From Planctomycetota bacterium (GTDB lineage: Bacteria > Planctomycetota > GCA-002687715 > DRQF01), in assembly GCA_036479435.1 (NCBI GenBank), contig JAZGFI010000243.1, forward strand, positions 41,227-105,226: DNA of 64,000 nt, in the 5' to 3' direction. The notes below the pieces were generated by a model. It made no database searches and was not told where the DNA came from. It was given only the letters and a program-made list of their open reading frames with translations. Shown here piece by piece: positions 40,795 through 49,691 of this stretch (its first letter is position 1; each line of letters starts with the position of its first letter). Position numbers and translations under genes: made by a program.

Positions 40795-42714
40795 ATGCGC
40801 GCTTGCCTATTGCTTTTTTTTCTTGCCTTCGCGGCCAGCTCTGTCCTCTGTCAGGGACCGACTTCGCCGTTCGAACCCTTCGCGATCCCCGCATCGCCAC
40901 GCTGGCGTAGCGCGATCGAAAACGGCACGCGACTTGCCGACGGAAACCCCGGGCCCGAGTACTGGAGCAACCGCGCCCACTATGAGTTGAAAGTCCGCTT
41001 GGATCCCGAGACCGCAACCGTCAGCGGTGAAGCCCGGCTCAGCTACACCAACGGCTCTCCAAAGTCCTTGAAGCAACTCGTGGTGCACCTACGGCAGAAC
41101 CTCCACCGGGCCGGTATTCGCCGCACTCGCGTGGTCGAAACGAATAAGGGTGTCACGCTCGGTGCGATCAAGCTCGAGGGCAAAGAGCTGACAAAGGGCT
41201 TTCGCAAGGGCTATTCGCTCCGCGGCAGCGTCATGCGTGTGCGCCTGCCCAAGCCTTTGGCGCCGGGAAAAACGACGATTCTTGATATCGAATGGAGCTA
41301 CCAAGTTCCGACCGCGGGCAAGGCTCCGCGCAACGGCCACGAGGACCATCACGTTTTTTACCTCGGCTACTGGTATCCCCAATTTGCGGTTTGTGACGAC
41401 GTCGAGGGTTGGGTTGCAGACCAGTACCTCGGTAACGGCGAGTTCTACATGGACTATGCAGACTATGACATCGAATTCACGGTGCCCCGCCGCTTTATGG
41501 TCCAATCCACCGGCACGCTTGAGAATCCCTCAGAAGTTCTCACCAAGTCCGCACGGCGAGCCTTGAAGCGCGCCGCGAGCCAAGACGAGGTGGTCTCCAT
41601 CATCGGCCCCGATCGTGAAGCCGAAGACGCGCTTAGAAAGGGAGACGCTCAGGGTCTGCTGACCTGGAAGTTCAAAGCCTCCAAGGTTCGCGACGTCGCG
41701 GTTTCCATTTCCGACCGCTACCACTGGGACGCTACCCGCGCCCTTGTGAAGGACCGAGATGGCCCGGGCCGTGACGCTTACTGTGCCATTCATGCGCTTT
41801 ACGAGCCGAAGGTTAAAGCCTGGCGGCGCGCGGCAGAGTACGCACGTTTCACCATCGAGTGGATGTCCAAAAACGTCCATCCCTACCCCTGGCCGCACAT
41901 GACCGCCTGCGAGGGGATTATTGGGGGCGGCATGGAATACCCGATGATGACCGTCGTCGGCTCAAGGTCGGAACGCGGCACGCGGGGAACCATCTCACAC
42001 GAACTCGTGCATATGTGGTTCCCGATGCTCATCGGCCAAAACGAAAAACGCTACGCCTGGATGGACGAAGGTATGACCACCTTTTTCTCCGGCCGCATCG
42101 TTCGTGACTTCACAAAGAACCGGGCGAAACGTCTGCCGACCCGAGGCTACACCCGCCGCGGCGGGAGCGCCTTCGAAGAGCCCTGCATGCGGCACTCCGA
42201 TCAATTCAACATGTCATCGGGAGCTTTCAGCTTCGCCGCCTACACCAAGCCGGCTGCCGTTTTTCATCAACTGCGCGAAATGGTGGGCCACGAAGCATTC
42301 GATGCCGCAATCCGCGACTACGCCCAGCGCTGGGCCTACAAGCACCCCTACCCCGAGGACTTTTTCGCCTCGATGTCGAACAGCTTAGATCGCGACCTCG
42401 CCTGGTATTTTCGCACCTGGATGTACGAAACCTGGACCATGGACGTGGCCCCGGTTTCCATCAAAATTCTCTCGCGCCAAAAGTCCGAAGTTGTCATCCA
42501 AAACTTTGGGGCCGCCGTCGGCCCCACGGTTGTCGAAGTGACCTTGAGTTCCGGCGAGAAACTCCGCCAGACCATCTCCGAACAATGGTGGTTAGCCGGC
42601 CACAAAACCAAGATCCTAAAGTTCGCCGGCAAGGTCAGCGAAGTCCAAACCGACCCCGACCTCACTACGCTTGACATCAACCGCAAGAACAACAAAATCA
42701 CGATCGAAAAGTAA
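40795..42714 (+). CDS. M1 family metallopeptidase (secreted)
   Basis: GGMEYPM, HELVHMWF, WMDEG, AYTKP; signal peptide. Confidence 0.93.
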   Translation: MRACLLLFFLAFAASSVLCQGPTSPFEPFAIPASPRWRSAIENGTRLADGNPGPEYWSNRAHYELKVRLDPETATVSGEARLSYTNGSPKSLKQLVVHLRQNLHRAGIRRTRVVETNKGVTLGAIKLEGKELTKGFRKGYSLRGSVMRVRLPKPLAPGKTTILDIEWSYQVPTAGKAPRNGHEDHHVFYLGYWYPQFAVCDDVEGWVADQYLGNGEFYMDYADYDIEFTVPRRFMVQSTGTLENPSEVLTKSARRALKRAASQDEVVSIIGPDREAEDALRKGDAQGLLTWKFKASKVRDVAVSISDRYHWDATRALVKDRDGPGRDAYCAIHALYEPKVKAWRRAAEYARFTIEWMSKNVHPYPWPHMTACEGIIGGGMEYPMMTVVGSRSERGTRGTISHELVHMWFPMLIGQNEKRYAWMDEGMTTFFSGRIVRDFTKNRAKRLPTRGYTRRGGSAFEEPCMRHSDQFNMSSGAFSFAAYTKPAAVFHQLREMVGHEAFDAAIRDYAQRWAYKHPYPEDFFASMSNSLDRDLAWYFRTWMYETWTMDVAPVSIKILSRQKSEVVIQNFGAAVGPTVVEVTLSSGEKLRQTISEQWWLAGHKTKILKFAGKVSEVQTDPDLTTLDINRKNNKITIEK

Positions 42715-42796
42715 CCACAAACCCACCATGCGGTCTCAGTCTTAACTCTCACGCTTCACTGTGTCAGTCGTATTTTTCCCACTTAATCGCGGGAGT

Positions 42797-43732
42797 CTAG
42801 CGAAGGGACTGAGGCCACCAGCTCTCGTCGCCGGCGTCGTGCCTTTCCCAGTAGGCGATGCGCTCTGACTTGGCCAGTCGATAGTTCGTGCCGTCGGCGA
42901 GGGTCATTTCGATCAGACGGTGTGGCGCCTTGATCTCAAAACTAAAGCGGTCCGGGTTGTCTTTGCCGAGCGTCAATTCGACGATGCGAAAGCGGCCGGC
43001 GGGGACGACGACATCTTTCGGTTGGCTGCGTTGCATCGACAGGGTCAGGGGTTCGGCCGGCAGAAATCTTCCGTGTAGAGTCGAGGGAAAAACCTTGATC
43101 GACTCCGGCAGGACGCCCTTTACATAGTCGCGCAGGAACAAAGCGAGCCCGTCTTCGGGAATCGCGGCGGCAGGCCAGGGCATTCTGCGTTCAGCTTGTC
43201 CATCGAAGTATGAGCGAAGCTCAAGGAGCCCTTTAGTCATGTGGGCGGTAGACAGGCCACAGCCTTCCGCACTGGCAGTTGAGAGTTTTTGGAGTTGCCC
43301 TTGTTGGCGGCGCATGAAGACGCTGGCCACTTGCTCGTAGCGATAAATCCCGGTCTGAACCGAACGTTGATGGTTGAGCTTGATCACATCGAACTTGGCG
43401 TCGGACTCGCGATCAGCTTTGACCTCAAGATCGGGACGCCAAGGCTCTTTGACGGCGACGAGGAGCACCCGGCCCTGATTCAGTCGGCCGTAGCGGTACC
43501 ACTTGGCTTCATAGGCCGAGTACTCGGCGAGGCCATCGTCCCACAAGGCATCGTGGCGCCAAGAGGCATCCGGTACCCCCGCCGGCCGTAAGGCCTCCCA
43601 GGCGGTCCCGGGCGAGGCCTGGGCCGCCGGGTTCAGCGGACTCGAAATCCTTGGCCACATCCAAACGCCAATGGCGAGCAGGGGAAAAACGATGAAGAGA
43701 GAACGGGTGAAATTCGCCGAACGAAGTCGCAT
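42797..43732 (-). CDS. conserved hypothetical membrane-anchored protein
   Basis: N-terminal TM; WDDGLAEYSAY...RYG...VIKLN...TGIYRY...EGCG resembles a conserved family of unknown function. Confidence 0.7.
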   Translation of the reverse strand: MRLRSANFTRSLFIVFPLLAIGVWMWPRISSPLNPAAQASPGTAWEALRPAGVPDASWRHDALWDDGLAEYSAYEAKWYRYGRLNQGRVLLVAVKEPWRPDLEVKADRESDAKFDVIKLNHQRSVQTGIYRYEQVASVFMRRQQGQLQKLSTASAEGCGLSTAHMTKGLLELRSYFDGQAERRMPWPAAAIPEDGLALFLRDYVKGVLPESIKVFPSTLHGRFLPAEPLTLSMQRSQPKDVVVPAGRFRIVELTLGKDNPDRFSFEIKAPHRLIEMTLADGTNYRLAKSERIAYWERHDAGDESWWPQSLR

Positions 43733-43821
43733 GGCTGCCTCCTATCCGAAAGCATGCCATGCCCAAGCCACCGGCACCAATCTCGGACGCAACGCTTAGG
43801 GCCTTGCCGCTGCTCCTGAAG

Positions 43822-45237
43822 TCAGACCAAGATCATCTCGCAGGCTTGCCGCTGCTCGACGATGTCGAGCGCCGCCACTCGATAGCCTTCGGCTAAGGTC
43901 GGAAAATTGAAGACGTTTTGCACAAAGGTATCGACCTCGACGCCGGCAAGAATTGCCATCTGGCCCATGTGGATGAGTTCAGTAGCGCCCTCGCCAATAA
44001 CCTCGACCCCGAGCAACTTGCGACCATAGCGGTCGGCGATGAGTTTCAACATGCCGTCCAAGTTGCCAGCGATCTGCCCGCGGGCCAAATCGGCGAAATG
44101 GGCCCGACCCGTCATGACCGCCCCGTCGCGTTCGACGACGGCCGTCTCGCTGAGCCCGACCGTGGCGACCTCTGGGATCGCATAGATACCTACTGGGATC
44201 GGCGCCGTGGAAGTGGCTTCCTCGTGTCCGAGGGCTCCCAGGACCGCGCGGCGGCCCTGATCCATCGCCGAGGCGGCCAAGGACGGTGGCCCAATGACAT
44301 CTCCAATGGCGTAGATGTTCGGGACGTTGGTCTGAAAAGCGTCGTTGACCTCAATGAGGCCTCGCGCTGTCATGGCGACACCAACTCCGCTCAGACCCAT
44401 TCCGACCAGATGCGCGACGCGCCCCAAAGAGAAAAGAGCTTTTTCACTCTCGATGACGGTTCCGTCATCCAATGTCGTTTTGATGTGCGCGAAGTCATCG
44501 ACGATGACTTCTTTGGCCTGGCGGCCAGCGTGGAAGCGGCCACCGCTCGCCTCATAAGAGCTGAGAAACCTCTGACTCAGTTCCGGGTCCAAAAACCCCA
44601 AGGGCAAAGAGCCCCGGTCGACCATGTCAATCTGAACGCCAAGGTGCGCGAAGATCGTCGCGTACTCGCAAGCGATAACGCCCGCCCCTAAGACGACCAT
44701 CGACTTCGGTAAGTACTGGAGCGACAGCACCGAATCACTGTCGACGATGTTCTCATGATCGACCAAGATGTCGCTGGGGCGACGAGGTCTCGATCCCGCG
44801 GCAACGACGATCTTACCGGCCTGGAAACTCCGCGCTTTGCCGCCAGCAGGCGACACTTCGACGACCTCGGCCGAGACCAAACGCGCTTCCCCGGCCAAAA
44901 ACTCTACGCCCGCGTTATCCACTTGTTCCTTCACGGTCCTTTCGTGGGCAACAACGACGTCGCGCACGCGGTGCATCAGCGATGCCAGTGGAATCTCCTC
45001 GACCGGCTTGACGCGAAACAGCTCGGCCGTGGAGCGCTTGGCTCGAAAAGCGGCACTCGCGGCTTCCTGCAGGGCCTTGCTCGGAATCGTTCCGTGGCGA
45101 ACGCACTCGCCCCCGGGGCATCCCGCCTTGTCGACGAGTAGGACCGATTTTCCGTGACGTGCAGCTTGGATAGCTGCGGCCTGTCCGGCGGGGCCACCGC
45201 CGATCACGATGAAGTCGTAGCGTTCGTGATCGGCCAT
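43822..45237 (-). CDS. sthA: soluble (Si-specific) NAD(P)+ transhydrogenase
   Basis: GGGPAG, GGECVRHGTIPSKAL (no redox CxxxxC), GAGVIACEYA, FNFPTLAEGYRVAA. Confidence 0.92.
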   Translation of the reverse strand: MADHERYDFIVIGGGPAGQAAAIQAARHGKSVLLVDKAGCPGGECVRHGTIPSKALQEAASAAFRAKRSTAELFRVKPVEEIPLASLMHRVRDVVVAHERTVKEQVDNAGVEFLAGEARLVSAEVVEVSPAGGKARSFQAGKIVVAAGSRPRRPSDILVDHENIVDSDSVLSLQYLPKSMVVLGAGVIACEYATIFAHLGVQIDMVDRGSLPLGFLDPELSQRFLSSYEASGGRFHAGRQAKEVIVDDFAHIKTTLDDGTVIESEKALFSLGRVAHLVGMGLSGVGVAMTARGLIEVNDAFQTNVPNIYAIGDVIGPPSLAASAMDQGRRAVLGALGHEEATSTAPIPVGIYAIPEVATVGLSETAVVERDGAVMTGRAHFADLARGQIAGNLDGMLKLIADRYGRKLLGVEVIGEGATELIHMGQMAILAGVEVDTFVQNVFNFPTLAEGYRVAALDIVEQRQACEMILV

Positions 45238-46070
45238 TACATCGTCTCCAATAGATTGAGAACGGAGTCTCGGGCACCTATGATTTGTTCAACATCGGTT
45301 TCGTAAAGCAGGAGCGCCGCAAGTTCATCGTGCTCGAAGGCCACTTCGCGCAAGGTCTCTTCGCAGGACACAACATCCGCGAGATCTTGGGCGAAATGAA
45401 CCGTCCTCGCCAAATTCTCGGCGCTACACGCCAGCTCGGGTTGGTGGTGAAAACGCGCGACTAGCCCCAGGTCTTCCGCCATGTTCCATTCACGCAGCAA
45501 GACTTCGCCAAAGTCGCAATGCAAGTCGTCGATAATGCCGTCGACCTCTGCCTCATCGACACGCAAAAAATTACTGCCGTAGAGGTCACTCAGAGTTTGA
45601 CATATGACGGCGGTCCCGACGTCGTGGAGAAGGCCGGCAAAAAAGGCCTCTTCAACATTCTCACGCCGGACACGGGCAATTTCCTGAGCGAACCCGGCGG
45701 TTGCAAGGCAATGTCGAAATAAGGCCGACAGGCGATCTTCGAAGCCCACGGCGTCAAAAACTCTGGACTTGCAAGCAACCGTGATCGCAAGGCGCCGAAC
45801 CTTGGCCATTCCCAAACGGCTAACCGCCATTTGGAGCGAGGCGATGGGCACCATGGGAGCGTCCAAAGCCGAATTGACCCGACGCATGACCTGAGCGGCA
45901 AGAGACTGGTCGTGGCGAATGAGGTCGGCAAGCTCCGACGCTACGCAATTCGGGTCGGCGCTCATCTTCATGACTGCGGCCGCGGTTTCTGGGATCAGTG
46001 GAAGCTCAATGTCGCGTTGATTAAGACGCTTTTCAAGTTCGCTACGCAGAGTATCCAGCGCCGTCGCCAT
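45237..46070 (-). CDS. HDOD domain protein
   Basis: ELPLIPE, DQSLAAQVMRRVNS, AVSRLG, AGLLHDVG, FHHQP. Confidence 0.9.
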   Translation of the reverse strand: MATALDTLRSELEKRLNQRDIELPLIPETAAAVMKMSADPNCVASELADLIRHDQSLAAQVMRRVNSALDAPMVPIASLQMAVSRLGMAKVRRLAITVACKSRVFDAVGFEDRLSALFRHCLATAGFAQEIARVRRENVEEAFFAGLLHDVGTAVICQTLSDLYGSNFLRVDEAEVDGIIDDLHCDFGEVLLREWNMAEDLGLVARFHHQPELACSAENLARTVHFAQDLADVVSCEETLREVAFEHDELAALLLYETDVEQIIGARDSVLNLLETM

Positions 46071-46145
46071 GGCATTTCCCCTCAAACCGAATTCCGAAAT
46101 AACTATCGGATTCAAAGGGAGTTCGGCTGATGAGGTCTCTTGAAT

Positions 46146-47786
46146 TTACTGCGAGAAGAGCAACTGAAGACCGTTGGAAGTCTCGATGTTCAAAGAAGTT
46201 TCGAAAACCTGCAAATAAAGCGAAATTCCGTGGAGGGAAGCCACATTAAGGTTCACCGGGACGCGAAACTCACCCTGCTGGTCATAAGTGATGTTGTCAA
46301 GCACCAGGGTAAGGCTGGCCGCGGGGTCCACGAGCAGCGGAACGCCGGCGAACGAGGTTTGAGCCGAAGCCAAACCCACGAGTATCACTCCGGAGGCGAA
46401 GGGGTCCGCCCCACTTGCCCGGATTTCGCCTCCAGAGAACCCGTCGAAAAAGGCATCCCAAGAGAGTTCGAGATCGCCCTGAACTCCGGTCGACGTGCCG
46501 TATTGTTGTGCTCCCATGACCGAGAACACTCGAATCATGCCCGCGGTACCGAGACCGCCGATGGCGGAACTGAACAACCCACCCGAGACGATGTCATCGA
46601 GGCCATCGCCGTTGACGTCGCCAGCACCGTCCACCGCATAGGCGTAGAAGTCTCCAGCGAGATCGCCGATCTCCTCGAACAATCGCGAGCCGTCTTTTCC
46701 CGAATAGACCTGCAAGATGCCGGTCCCGATTCCGAGGGGAAAAGTAAGCCCCCCGAGAACGATGTCGTCAAAACCATCGCCATTAACATCCCCAGCGTCG
46801 GCGATGGCGGATCCAATGTGATCCTGGGCAAGATCCCCGGTCCACATGTAGAGCAAAGCACCGGTCGCCCCTGATCTCGCGTAGGCACGCCCCACGTTAG
46901 GCGCCCCGGTGTCGTTCTGCATCGCGCCGATCAAGATGTCTGGGGTGCCGTCGTTGTCAACGTCGCCGCCGCCGCCCAGAGCGACACCCAGTTGGTCACC
47001 GCCAACTTCACCGTCAAAGGTGTAAATCGTGGTTTGTGTCGCCGGCGAACGTACGTAGGCCCGACCGTTGTTCGAAAACCCTAAGGAGTTGTGCCAGCGC
47101 GCGCCGATCACAATGTCCGATTTAAAATCCCCATCGATGTCACCAAGGGATGCCAAAGCCGAACCGAAAAGATCGTCGAAAGCCTCGCCTTCGGCCGAGT
47201 CAAACAAGCTGCCGTTCGGTCCGAGGAAAACGTAGATCTTGCCCGTGTCAATGTCACCAGAGGGTCGATCCCAAAACGGCGCTCCCACGACGAGGTCGTC
47301 GAAGCCGTCGTCGTTGACATCGCCAGCACCTTCGACTGAGTAACCAAATCGGTCGCCGATGCTCTCTGCATTGAGCGACATGATTAACGAACCAGTAGCC
47401 CCCGCATAAATATCGACGCGCCCGCCGTTCGGGCAAGTGGGAGCTGCCACCGCCCAGTCTGGGGTTCCGTCGCCATCGAAATCGCCGATCGCCGCCACAG
47501 AGAAGCCGAGCTGCTCCCCGGCCGTTTGACCGAGGCCAGAGTGTAGGAGCGAAGTATCCACGCCCGAAAACACGCCAAAGCCCCCCGTGTTTTGGAACAA
47601 AAACGGCGAGCCCGCGACAAAGTCCGGGACTCCATCGTTATCGACATCTCCCAAGGAGCGCACGGAGTATCCAAAACCAGACAGGGCCGTCGGTCCACCG
47701 ACTTCCGAGATCACCGGATACTGGGTTTGGGACCAAACACTGATGGCAAGAAACGATGCCGCCATGGCAAATAAGATGGTACGCAT
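46146..47786 (-). CDS. FG-GAP (integrin-alpha-like beta-propeller) secreted protein with C-terminal shared domain
   Basis: About seven FG/GDxxxDGxxD/GAP repeats (e.g. FGYSVEGAGDVNDDGFDDLVVGAP); signal peptide MRTILFAMAASFLAISVWSQ. Confidence 0.9.
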   Translation of the reverse strand: MRTILFAMAASFLAISVWSQTQYPVISEVGGPTALSGFGYSVRSLGDVDNDGVPDFVAGSPFLFQNTGGFGVFSGVDTSLLHSGLGQTAGEQLGFSVAAIGDFDGDGTPDWAVAAPTCPNGGRVDIYAGATGSLIMSLNAESIGDRFGYSVEGAGDVNDDGFDDLVVGAPFWDRPSGDIDTGKIYVFLGPNGSLFDSAEGEAFDDLFGSALASLGDIDGDFKSDIVIGARWHNSLGFSNNGRAYVRSPATQTTIYTFDGEVGGDQLGVALGGGGDVDNDGTPDILIGAMQNDTGAPNVGRAYARSGATGALLYMWTGDLAQDHIGSAIADAGDVNGDGFDDIVLGGLTFPLGIGTGILQVYSGKDGSRLFEEIGDLAGDFYAYAVDGAGDVNGDGLDDIVSGGLFSSAIGGLGTAGMIRVFSVMGAQQYGTSTGVQGDLELSWDAFFDGFSGGEIRASGADPFASGVILVGLASAQTSFAGVPLLVDPAASLTLVLDNITYDQQGEFRVPVNLNVASLHGISLYLQVFETSLNIETSNGLQLLFSQ

Positions 47787-48007
47787 GAAATGCTCCGTAG
47801 ACTCATCCCAGGGAGCATAGAAAGGCAACCTTCCAAACTTCCATAGATTCGGTTTCAGTGGAAGTTTTTGCCGCATCTTGATGCAACCAAGCAGCATTCT
47901 TTTGGGGCTATTTCGGCCGAAAACGCCGACCAGCCGCCTTGGGTCGGGCCTAGTCGTGAATCCTCTGATATCTTGCTCAACCGCAGTCAGCAAAAAATAC
48001 CGGGGAA

Positions 48008-49213
48008 TTACCCTAGCCTTCGGGACGGCAGCAAGCGCTTCGCCAGACTCTCAAGCAGCACGGCACCCGCTGGCGCCGTCGTCAGAATCGCCAGCACGGC
48101 AAGAATTAGTAAAGACTGGGCTGCAGAATCTTCGCTTTCGCCGAGCCCGCTGAGCCGTTGGTGGATGACCACGCCGAACACCGCCTGGATGGTCGCCTTG
48201 GGAACGTGAGCCAACGTGACGTAAAGGCGCTCATCACGGCTAAGACTCGTCTTTTTTTGCAGCCACCAAGCCGTCGCCAAGCGCAGCGTCAAGGCCGCTA
48301 CGAGGATGCCTATCAAACACAAGATGAGGGTCCATTCTCCCAACACGCTCAAGTCGATCACCGCCCCAAGATTGACGAAGAGGAGGATCTCCGCGACCTT
48401 CCAGAGGTGAGAAAGCTCACGCCGAACTTTGACGGCGCTGGGCCCGATCTTCGATCCGAGTAAGGCCGCCATAATGACGGTGGCGAAAACAGCTTCGAGC
48501 CCAAAGTGCTTGTTCCCGAAGTAAACCGCGACTCCAATCGCCAAGGCGATGAGGGCCCGAAGACGAATCTTGATGGGCGTTTCTTTGGCCCCCGAGGCAA
48601 AACGCTTCCGCGGCAGCCAGCCGGCCAGAGCGCCGATCAAAAGCCCGAGGGGGAATAGCCAAAGGTTGAGGCGGCCACCTTCGGGATCCAGCCAGCCTAA
48701 GAGGAGCAATATTCCTGTCTGCGCGATGAGGGCGTTGACCAGGGTTTGACCGATGATGCGGTCCGGCACTCGATTTTGCTCTCCGAGCCCCTCGTCGCGG
48801 AGGTTGAGCATCGTCGGCAACACCACGGCTGGAGAGACGGCGGCCACCAAAAAACCCGCCAACAAGGCGTAACTCCAATTGTCAACGATCAGCCAGCGAA
48901 CACCGACCGCAGCTACGCTGAACTCCGCCGCCACTGGCAACGCCCCGAGCAACAGGGCCGGGCCCAAAATCCGTCTCATGATCTCCGTTGAAAGACCGAG
49001 ACCCGCGCGCACCAACAACACGACAAAAGCGCCGGACGAAAGGTAGGGTGCGACGTCTTGCCACGATGCCGGTAGCCATGCGGCGGCGACGGCTCCTAAG
49101 GTCATGAGGGAAACCGCAGGAGGCACTTTGAATCGGCGCGCGACCGCGCGGAGGGGGAATCCAATCAGAACGAGGATTCCGAAGGTCAAGACGAGTTCAA
49201 AAAGCGATGACAA
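48008..49213 (-). CDS. cation:proton antiporter family protein (NhaP/NHA2-like)
   Basis: LVRAGLGL, AAVSPAVVLPTML, AEILLFVNLGA, PKATIQA, AILTTAPAGA. Confidence 0.85.
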   Translation of the reverse strand: MSSLFELVLTFGILVLIGFPLRAVARRFKVPPAVSLMTLGAVAAAWLPASWQDVAPYLSSGAFVVLLVRAGLGLSTEIMRRILGPALLLGALPVAAEFSVAAVGVRWLIVDNWSYALLAGFLVAAVSPAVVLPTMLNLRDEGLGEQNRVPDRIIGQTLVNALIAQTGILLLLGWLDPEGGRLNLWLFPLGLLIGALAGWLPRKRFASGAKETPIKIRLRALIALAIGVAVYFGNKHFGLEAVFATVIMAALLGSKIGPSAVKVRRELSHLWKVAEILLFVNLGAVIDLSVLGEWTLILCLIGILVAALTLRLATAWWLQKKTSLSRDERLYVTLAHVPKATIQAVFGVVIHQRLSGLGESEDSAAQSLLILAVLAILTTAPAGAVLLESLAKRLLPSRRLG

Positions 49214-49691
49214 ATGGTGCTCCCCACACTCCTGGCCCTTGCGGCGTATCGGGTTAAATCCCTTTGTAGCTGGAGTTAGCTTGGGTCCTGATGACCTCGC
49301 ATGCCCTCCAAACGCGGCTCACACGATCGTTTTCGCGGCTGAGCCCAATAACAAGATTTGTGGATTTTATGCCGAACTCTACTGCCCACGGCCCTCGATC
49401 CCTATACTCACTTTCGATCATCCACGTTTTGGCTGCTGCCCCTCGCAGTGGCGATACGAGCCGACTTCCAAAACGCGCCTCTAGAGGCTTTGGCCCTGCC
49501 GCCGTTTCGTCCCCACAGAGATTCGGGGGCGAGCGCCAAAGCTGAACCGCTTCGGCCACATGAAAGTCAGCAAGTCAAGTTAAGTTAAGTCAAAATCAAC
49601 GATGGCTGGTAACAGCCCTCAACCACTTGGCACGCGGAATCGAGGATGGCTCCTCCCCCGCTTGTCGATCCCAGTTTTCAAGGAAGAGATT

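Noticed and set aside
46500..47700. Repeated DNA motifs suggesting an array
   Set aside because: They are explained by protein-level FG-GAP repeats. I found no CRISPR-like repeat-spacer structure in the window.
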